A stretch of DNA of 64,000 bases, taken from NCBI GenBank assembly GCA_030154265.1, contig JASKKH010000001.1, forward strand, positions 14,443 to 78,442, given 5' to 3'. The translations under genes and the position numbers were made by a program. Below the pieces are notes generated by a model. That model saw only the letters and a list, made by a program, of their open reading frames with translations, ran no database searches and was not told the origin of the DNA. Of this stretch, positions 57,431-64,000 are shown in pieces. This stretch comes from Clostridia bacterium (lineage in GTDB: Bacteria > Bacillota > DSM-521 > Neomoorellales > Neomoorellaceae). Numbering within the stretch: the first letter of the stretch is position 1; every line of letters starts with the position of its first letter.

Positions 57431-57518
57431 CTATATCCCCCCATGAGTAAGGCTTAATTACCGAGACCTCATGGACAGCCGCCTTTTAAACCTGTAAGGA
57501 CCAAACTTAATTATTTAG

Positions 57519-57560
57519 GAAAAAATAAGTCATATGACCAGTTACTGAAGACATATGACT
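57519..57560 (-). terminator. Intrinsic terminator between pilB and pilT
   Basis: Minus strand reads agtcatatg-(15 nt)-catatgact followed by tatttttt. Confidence 0.6.
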
Positions 57561-57619
57561 AGTCATAATCCTTTCCCATATCGGCAGCAGCCTGAGATCC
57601 TTACTTAATATCTATTTCT

Positions 57620-59263
57620 TTAAATACCTCCAAAGGAAACTCGTAAAACCTCAGCAACTGTTGTAATCCCACGACGTACTTTTTCTAACCCATCATCCAT
57701 TAGAGTAACCATACCCGAAGCAAGAGCTGCCTCTTTAATAGCACTGGCTGGTGCCTTTTGGGCTACCAGTTTGCGTAGTTCTGCATTCATTACCAGGACC
57801 TCATGGATAGCCGTACGTCCTGTATAACCTGAATAATGACACTCCTTACAGCCTCGGCCCCGATAAAGTCTTGATACCTCTGGTAACCATATTTTTTCCA
57901 AGGAATCTTGTTCTGGCTGATATTCCTCTCGACAATGAGGGCAAATACTACGTACAAGTCTTTGGCTTACTACACCTATAACAGAAGAATTTACAAGGTA
58001 TGGCTCTACCCCCATATCTAATAGACGGGTTATCGCTCCTGCCGCGTCATTGGTATGTAAAGTACTAAATACCAAATGCCCTGTTATTGCTGCGCTGACA
58101 GCAATTTCGGCAGTCTCTTTATCACGAATTTCCCCGACCATTATAATATCTGGATCCTGACGTAATATTGAACGTAGTCCGGAAACAAAAGTCAGACCTG
58201 CTTTGAGATTTACCTTAACTTGATTAATCCCTGGCAGTGTATATTCTACAGGGTCCTCAATAGTAATTATATTCCTGTCTGGTGAACTTAAGGTATTAAG
58301 GGTAGCATAAAGGGTAGTCGTTTTCCCACTACCTGTAGGGCCGGTAATTAAAACCATTCCGTAAGAACTTCTAATCAAACTAATATAACGTTGTTTTTTA
58401 TCTGGTAGAAAACCCAGCTTTTCTAAGGGTAAAAGCATGACATTCCGGTCAAGTATTCTTAAGACTACCTTTTCACCGTAAACAGTTGGTAAGCTAGATA
58501 CCCGCAAATCAATACGTTTTCCAAGATTAAATTGAAAACGTCCATCCTGAGGCAGGCGTTTTTCAGCAATATCCATACCGGCTAGGATTTTAATTCGAGA
58601 AATTAAATTACTTAACATATCTAAAGGAACATAAGTTAAATCACGTAACAAGCCATCAATCCGTAGACGTATACGAACTTTACGCTCCTGAGGTTCAATA
58701 TGAATATCACTGGCCTTTACCTTAATAGCTTCTTTAATAATATGGTTAACGAAACGCACTACAGGTGCTTCCTCGTCTTCGTCATTTAAAACCGTTGCCG
58801 TTGTTGCCACTTCAGTCATACCCGTCTCAATCTCATCCTGCCAAAACCTATTTATTGCTGCTTCAATTTCTTCTTCAGAAGCAATAGCTGGTAGTATATC
58901 TCTCCCGCAAACCCTCCTAAGGTCATCTAAAGCTAATAAGTTTAGAGGGTCGGCCATGGCCACTAATAAACGATTACCTTCTTGGCGGATAGGAATAGCT
59001 TGGTATCGTCTAGCTAAGCCTTCTGGTACTAAGCGTACCACTTCGGGTTTAAGCTTATATTCACTTATATTAACTTTTGGAATTCCCAATTGAAATTCCA
59101 AAACCTCTAGCATTTGGGCTTCCTTAATAAAACCCAATCGAATTAAAACCTTTCCCAAACGTTCCCCAGTTCGTTTTTGTTCAGCCAGAGCCTGTTGTAA
59201 CTGGTTATCAGTAATCATTCCAGCCTCAACTAATAAATCCCCTAGCCGCCTGCGGCTATCCAT
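57620..59263 (-). CDS. pilB: Type IV pilus assembly ATPase PilB with MshEN-type N-terminal domain
   Basis: 547 aa GspE family protein with Walker A GPTGSGKTTT, a tetracysteine motif CPHC...CKEC, and tandem RLGxxLLxxG... motifs at the N-terminus. Confidence 0.92.
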   Translation of the reverse strand: MDSRRRLGDLLVEAGMITDNQLQQALAEQKRTGERLGKVLIRLGFIKEAQMLEVLEFQLGIPKVNISEYKLKPEVVRLVPEGLARRYQAIPIRQEGNRLLVAMADPLNLLALDDLRRVCGRDILPAIASEEEIEAAINRFWQDEIETGMTEVATTATVLNDEDEEAPVVRFVNHIIKEAIKVKASDIHIEPQERKVRIRLRIDGLLRDLTYVPLDMLSNLISRIKILAGMDIAEKRLPQDGRFQFNLGKRIDLRVSSLPTVYGEKVVLRILDRNVMLLPLEKLGFLPDKKQRYISLIRSSYGMVLITGPTGSGKTTTLYATLNTLSSPDRNIITIEDPVEYTLPGINQVKVNLKAGLTFVSGLRSILRQDPDIIMVGEIRDKETAEIAVSAAITGHLVFSTLHTNDAAGAITRLLDMGVEPYLVNSSVIGVVSQRLVRSICPHCREEYQPEQDSLEKIWLPEVSRLYRGRGCKECHYSGYTGRTAIHEVLVMNAELRKLVAQKAPASAIKEAALASGMVTLMDDGLEKVRRGITTVAEVLRVSFGGI

Positions 59264-59299
59264 TAATCCCCTCTCCTCATTCTTTGGATTTATTAAGCC

Positions 59300-60385
59300 T
59301 TAATTGGTTTCTTTTTGTATTACTGCCATTACTTCATCAATAATTACAGGTAAAATTTCTACCTTGCCCAGTTTAGTAGGTAAAATCATATGTAGTTTGT
59401 TGTTATAAACTTTTTTATCATGACATAGGGCTGCTTTAAATTCTTCCCGATTAAATTTTGGTACATCCACTGGTAAGTTAGCTTCTTTAATCAATTTTAC
59501 TAACCGGTCAGCTTCAGCTTCCGTAAACATCTCCTTCTTAACAGCTAAACGTACTGCAGCAGCCATACCTATAGCCACCGCCTCGCCATGCCGATAAGTA
59601 ACATAGCCGGTAACTGTTTCCACAGCATGACCAACACTATGACCAAAGTTTAAAATAGCCCTTAGATTATCCTCTCGTTCATCTTTAGCCACTATATCAG
59701 CTTTAATGGCACAACACCTTAAAACTATCTTTTCCAAAATTTCCGTTTGTCCGGCCAAAGCTCCCTTTAAATTTTCTTCTAGGAATGCAAAAAATTCCGC
59801 ATCAGCTATTACCCCGTACTTAATAACTTCTGCCAATCCGGCTCTAATTTCTCTCTTGGGTAAAGTTCTAAGAGTTGACAGATCAGCAATCACAGCTCTC
59901 GGTTGATAAAAAGCCCCTATAAGATTTTTCCCCTCAGGGTGATTAACAGCCACCTTGCCTCCAACGCTAGCATCAACTTGAGCAAGAAGAGTTGTAGGTA
60001 TTTGGATAAAAGGTACACCTCTTAACCATGTGGCAGCAACAAAACCGGTTAAATCCCCCACTACGCCGCCACCTAAAGCAATAATAGCCGATTTCCGGTC
60101 AATACCGGCTTTTAAGGCAGCATCATATAATTCAGAAGCAACCTTAAGGCTTTTAGCATCCTCACTATCTGGTACTAAAACAAGCTCAGTTTTAAAACCT
60201 GAGGTTATCAGGCTTTTCTCCAAATGAGGCCAATAAAGGTCAGCAACCGTACTATTACTTATTACAAGACAGGTACTAGCAAGATTTAAAGGTTTTAGAA
60301 TAGAGCCTACATTTTGTAATAATTCGGGACCACAATGAATTTTATAAGCTCGATTTCCTAGAGCTACTTCAAGTTCTCCAGCCAA
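59300..60385 (-). CDS. aroB: 3-dehydroquinate synthase
   Basis: 361 aa with GGGVVGDLTGF, PTTLLAQVDASVGGK and HGEAVAIG motifs. Confidence 0.93.
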   Translation of the reverse strand: MAGELEVALGNRAYKIHCGPELLQNVGSILKPLNLASTCLVISNSTVADLYWPHLEKSLITSGFKTELVLVPDSEDAKSLKVASELYDAALKAGIDRKSAIIALGGGVVGDLTGFVAATWLRGVPFIQIPTTLLAQVDASVGGKVAVNHPEGKNLIGAFYQPRAVIADLSTLRTLPKREIRAGLAEVIKYGVIADAEFFAFLEENLKGALAGQTEILEKIVLRCCAIKADIVAKDEREDNLRAILNFGHSVGHAVETVTGYVTYRHGEAVAIGMAAAVRLAVKKEMFTEAEADRLVKLIKEANLPVDVPKFNREEFKAALCHDKKVYNNKLHMILPTKLGKVEILPVIIDEVMAVIQKETN

Positions 60386-60885
60386 GGTTCTAAGGCCTCC
60401 TTTATTTCCCCGGCTACTGCAGCCGCATCTTTCTGGTCAGTATCTATATGTAAATCAGCAAAGGAATAATAAGATTGTCTTTTCTCTATTAATTTTGTAA
60501 TGTTAGATAAATCTTGATTTTTAAGTAGAGGCCTGCCGTCATCGGCTCCTACTCTGTCAACAACGGTTTCCGGCCTAACTTTAAGCCAAACTACTTTATT
60601 ACCTGGTTTTAAGTTCTTAACGTTTAATTTTGAGAGGACAGCTCCACCACCGGTAGCAATAACTGTTCTACTAACCACCAAAGTTCGACTAACAGCTTTC
60701 TCTTCTAAATCTCGGAAGTATTTCTCGCCGTATTTAGCAAAAATCTCTTTAATAGAAATTCCGACTTTCTGTTCAATCATGGCATCCGTATCAAGATATC
60801 GCCAACCAAGTTCCTTAGCTAAAATTTGCCCTATAGTCGACTTGCCACTCCCCATAAAACCGATTAATACAATATTTCCAGGCAT
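60364..60885 (-). CDS. aroK: Shikimate kinase
   Basis: Walker A GFMGSGKSTIG. Start placed at MPGNIVL (ATG 60885). The ORF extends to 60927. Confidence 0.88.
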   Translation of the reverse strand: MPGNIVLIGFMGSGKSTIGQILAKELGWRYLDTDAMIEQKVGISIKEIFAKYGEKYFRDLEEKAVSRTLVVSRTVIATGGGAVLSKLNVKNLKPGNKVVWLKVRPETVVDRVGADDGRPLLKNQDLSNITKLIEKRQSYYSFADLHIDTDQKDAAAVAGEIKEALEPWLENLK

Positions 60886-60965
60886 TTTTCCACCCTTATT
60901 AATATTTATAAATTGAGGATTTTGCAAATTTTTCAGACTGGATTTTACGGATATTTTGAAGGGTA

Positions 60966-61940
60966 AAAAAAGGACTTCACCCCTTAATCTGCCGAATTCA
61001 TAAGTGACATAAAAAACAAATTCAGCGAGATGAAGTCACTTATGAATATTCGACAAATGTGCCTTTTCTCCTTCGAAGATGCATTATATGTTTCATCATA
61101 ACCCCAATAAACCATACTGTAGCCCATGGAACATACTGGAGCTGCATTTTCATCTAAACCTTCGGGGGGCGCATATGCCCCTCTTGGATTAATAGAAATG
61201 ATGACTTGAGCCTTTAATTCCTCATATACTTTCCTGTATATCTCTTTAACGTCATATCCTTTGTCCATTATGTAATTCTTAACAACAAATGTATCACCGT
61301 AAGTTTCTTTAAGATATTCCATTAAAGGTATAGCCATGGTGCTATCATATGCGTTTGCAGGGGTTACTTCTACGGCAATCGGCAGTTCTCCCCTGGTATC
61401 TACCGTAACATGTAATTTAAAACCAAACCATTTTATTTGATTACCATTGGTACCTTTTTTTGGAACCCAAATTGGATTTTGCCATCGTCTACCATTTTGG
61501 ATTTAAGAACCGCTTTATCGTAAGATTCATATTCACTTGAATCGATAGCTACATCATTACCCTCTATAATACCGAGACTTTTTGCTTGTAGAACAATAGT
61601 CTCAAACATCTTTTGGACAGTATCAGATTTAGAAAGTGCCTTGATTAATCTACTACAGTTTTAATGTCCTCTATTCGCATGGCAATAAGTGCAAGAAACA
61701 TAGCTTCTTCAGAATATCCTTTTCTACCGACATCTTTTGATTTCGGCAGTAACTTCAATATCTTGCATAAATCTAAAGTATAGAAGACCTTTTCAAGTCT
61801 TGTTTGAGGTTGAAAATTTAATATTTCCCCGAAGGAAAGAAAGGTTTTCTGTCGAATATACATAAGTGGATTTCACTCCTTTTTGTTGGATTTTATTTCC
61901 ACTTATATATTCGACATTCAGGGGTGAAATCCATTTTTTA
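60966..61940 (-). mobile_element. Degenerate, rearranged IS element (DDE transposase, IS5/IS1182-like): frameshifted copy plus an opposed second 5' end
   Basis: Terminal inverted repeats aaaaaaggacttcacccct (60966-) and aggggtgaaatccatttttt (61919-61938). The transposase is split over at least 3 frames: MYIRQKTFLSFGE...GRKGYSEEAM, then ...VAIDSSEYESY..., then ...DKGYDVKEIY... The left end carries a second, inward-facing gene start (ATGAATATTCGACAA at 61040-). Confidence 0.7.
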
Positions 61941-62099
61941 TAGCTAAAAAAATCTTGTAAATCAAAGGTTTGGAGTCAGGACTATCTCACGGGTGCTTTG
62001 GTCCACGGGTTCCAAATTGGCAAAGGTTCGGGATTGCCCCACCATTTTTACAGGTGGCGGATAGGAACGTGCTTGTAAAATTTAGAAAGGAGGAAAAAA

Positions 62100-62738
62100 A
62101 TGAAAGATTGGGACCTTTATTTGATTACCAGCCAGGAATTATCCCGGGGTCGCACTACCCTGGAAGTGGTGCAGGAAGCAGTGGTTGCAGGAGTGCAAGT
62201 GGTACAGCTCAGAGAGAAAACCTTTTCCTCGCGGGAACTGGTGGAGATAGGCCTAGCCATTCGGAAAATTACCCGTCAGCATGGTGTTCGCTTTATTGTC
62301 AATGACCGGGTGGATGTGGCCCTGGCCGTGAAAGCAGACGGGGTTCACCTGGGACAACAGGACATGCCTGTCAAATATGCCAGGCAAATCATGGGTTCCC
62401 ACAAAATCATTGGTATCTCCGCCACCACCTTGGCCGAGGCACTGGAGGCCCAGAAAGCGGGAGCTGACTACCTGGGAGTGGGACCTATCTTTGCCACCCA
62501 GTCCAAACCTGATGCTGCTGCGTTGGGGCTGGAGGGACTGAAACAAATTAGAGAAGCTGTAAATCTGCCGCTGGTGGCGGTGGGAGGCATTAATCGAGCA
62601 AACGCTGACACTATTCTCGAACACGGGGCTGATTGTATTTCAGTCATTTCAGCTATTACCGCGGCTGATAATGTGTACCAGGCTACAAGAGAATTGCTAA
62701 ATATTATTAGCCAGGCAAAAGGAGGAGGTAATTCATGA
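62100..62738 (+). CDS. thiE: Thiamine-phosphate synthase
   Basis: 212 aa TIM-barrel ThiE pattern (VQLREK, FIVNDRVD, DGVHLGQQD, IGISA, ADYLGVGPIF.T.SK, VAVGGI). Confidence 0.92.
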   Translation: MKDWDLYLITSQELSRGRTTLEVVQEAVVAGVQVVQLREKTFSSRELVEIGLAIRKITRQHGVRFIVNDRVDVALAVKADGVHLGQQDMPVKYARQIMGSHKIIGISATTLAEALEAQKAGADYLGVGPIFATQSKPDAAALGLEGLKQIREAVNLPLVAVGGINRANADTILEHGADCISVISAITAADNVYQATRELLNIISQAKGGGNS

Positions 62739-63532
62739 CCAAGGATTTGTTAAATAAAGTCAGAAAGCAGAAACCGCTGGTTCACCATATTACCAATAAT
62801 GTAACGGTAAATGATTGTGCTAACATAACTCTCTGTACCGGTGGATTACCAGTGATGGCCTATGATGTGGAGGAAGTGGCCCAGATGGTTGAGGCAGCAG
62901 GTGCTCTTGTATTGAACATTGGCACACTTTCTCCCCAACAGGTGGAGGCCATGATTATGGCGGGAAAACGGGCTAACCAACTAAATATTCCCGTAGTGTT
63001 AGACCCTGTTGGGGTAGGAGCTACCAGTCTCCGTACCGACAGCGCCCGCCGGATCCTGCAGGAAGTGGCAGTAACAGTAATCAAGGGTAACAAAGCGGAA
63101 ATCAGCATTTTGGCCGGAGCTGGTGGAGAAATCAAGGGGGTGGAGTCTATTGGGGAGTACCATGATATTGCCCAGACAGCCACAGCCCTGGCCCGCCGGC
63201 AAAAATGCACCGTGGTGGTTTCCGGTCAGGAGGACATAATTACCGATGGACAACAAGTAGTGCTGGTAGAAAATGGCCATTCTCTCATGGGCGCAGTAGT
63301 AGGTACAGGGTGTATGTCGGCCTCTGTTACCGGATGTTTTATCGCAGTGGAGGACAATACGGTACAGGCATGCGCAGTGGCCTTGGCCGCCTTTGGCCTA
63401 GCAGGAGAGCTGGCGGCACAAGCACCTTTTGTGAATGGTCCTGGAACATATAAAATGGCGCTTTTTGATGCTATGGCTGCTCTCCGCCAGCAGCAATTGG
63501 ATAATAGCCACAAAATCAAAGTAATAAAATGA
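62735..63532 (+). CDS. thiM: Hydroxyethylthiazole kinase
   Basis: 265 aa with PLVHHITNNVTVNDCAN, VLDPVGVGAT, IKGN..EI and GTGCM motifs. Confidence 0.92.
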   Translation: MTKDLLNKVRKQKPLVHHITNNVTVNDCANITLCTGGLPVMAYDVEEVAQMVEAAGALVLNIGTLSPQQVEAMIMAGKRANQLNIPVVLDPVGVGATSLRTDSARRILQEVAVTVIKGNKAEISILAGAGGEIKGVESIGEYHDIAQTATALARRQKCTVVVSGQEDIITDGQQVVLVENGHSLMGAVVGTGCMSASVTGCFIAVEDNTVQACAVALAAFGLAGELAAQAPFVNGPGTYKMALFDAMAALRQQQLDNSHKIKVIK

Positions 63533-63549
63533 TGGGAGGAAGTTAAGAC

Positions 63550-63834
63550 ATGACACAACTGGAAGCTGCAACTGTTGGGCAAGTAACACGGGCTATGGAA
63601 GTGGTGGCAGAGAAAAATGGGCGTAGTCCCCGGTTTGTTCCGGAAGGGATAGCCAGTGGTACTATTGTTATTCCGGCCAATGTTAACCATCACACTCTTT
63701 CTCCTGCTGGTTTTAGGATGGTGTAACGGGATTGCAGCAACGGCGTTAATAAGTTTCGCTATCCGCACGTCCTGGGAAATGCGGCTGTCCCTTTGGATCT
63801 GTCTGGTGTTCAAACAGTAATTACGGAATGGTAG
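63550..63834 (+). pseudogene. thiC: Decayed 5' remnant of thiC (phosphomethylpyrimidine synthase)
   Basis: MTQLEAATVGQVTRAMEVVAEKNG..PRFV.EGIASGTIVIPANVNHHTLSP fits the short-form ThiC N-terminus. An in-frame TAA at 63724 is followed by a divergent, shortened continuation (..GVNKF...AAVPLDLSG..). It ends at 63834, where IS-derived sequence begins. Confidence 0.6.
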
Positions 63835-64000
63835 TTAAAACCAAAAGGAAAAGATGACCCCAGGATGTTTTGTACACCTCACCGCGGAACCCGGAACCGG
63901 CAGAAGCTCTATAACAGACATACCTCTGCAGAGCGCTGTTTTAGCCGTCAGAAGAAGAAAACAGGCCTGGAAACAGGGCTCAGGGTACGCAGCATCAAAA
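63835..64000 (+). mobile_element. C-terminal fragment of a DDE transposase (IS remnant) running off the window
   Basis: The translation ...CTPHRGTRNRQKLYNRHTSAERCFSRQKKKTGLETGLRVRSIK carries the Y..R..(V/A)ER.FS..K...GLE signature found near the C-terminus of IS4/IS5/IS1182-type transposases. Confidence 0.5.

Noticed and set aside
62253-63813. Several long antisense or alternative-frame ORFs overlapping thiE, thiM and thiC' (62253-62624, 62860-63210, 62999-63280, 63205-63453, 63226-63813, 63398-63589)
   Set aside because: thiE and thiM have unambiguous family motifs in the plus frames. The overlapping ORFs are low-complexity (Arg/Ala/Ser/Pro-rich) and arise because stop codons are rare in this GC-rich segment.

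Overview
This 64-kb window is a chromosomal segment of a low-GC, endospore-forming Firmicute with Clostridia-type gene order. Almost everything is transcribed on the minus strand. All calls rest on reading the ORF translations for family motifs, on synteny, and on inspecting spacers by eye. No searches or statistics were run, and GC statements are visual impressions.

Core content:
- Sporulation loci: dacF, spoIIAA-spoIIAB-sigF, spoIIM, spo0A, spoIVB and spoIIIAA-AH.
- Housekeeping genes: deoB, xerD, nudF, recN, argR, nadK, tlyA, dxs, ispA, xseAB, folD, nfnAB-like, nusB, the Asp23/AmaP cluster, efp, a pepP-like gene, aroQ, tldD/pmbA, aroB and aroK.

Notable non-core content:
1. A roughly 630-nt ORF-free, GC-rich structured region lies between ispA and a small 4-TM protein gene upstream of dxs. 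This is the canonical context of OLE RNA and oapA.
2. A 12-kb type IV pilus cluster runs pilB-pilT-pilC-pilD, minor pilins, pilMNO. It carries a class I c-di-GMP (GEMM-I) riboswitch with a terminator platform between pilT and pilC. Its PilB N-terminus matches the tandem MshEN c-di-GMP-binding motifs. The cluster shows decay: no major pilin, a truncated O-antigen-ligase-like gene and an IS/MITE scar.
3. A very AT-rich Type III-like mod-res restriction-modification island sits between nudF and spo0A. Its Mod protein has a roughly 390-aa N-terminal extension.
4. A GC-rich patch of internally deleted gene remnants includes an orphan cas6, a phosphoribosyltransferase and a GGCT-like gene. No CRISPR array is present.
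5. A GC-rich thiE-thiM-thiC' island is bracketed by IS remnants, with thiC decayed.

I see no clearly new multi-gene system. The most promising leads are the c-di-GMP-wired pilus locus and the extended-Mod R-M module.
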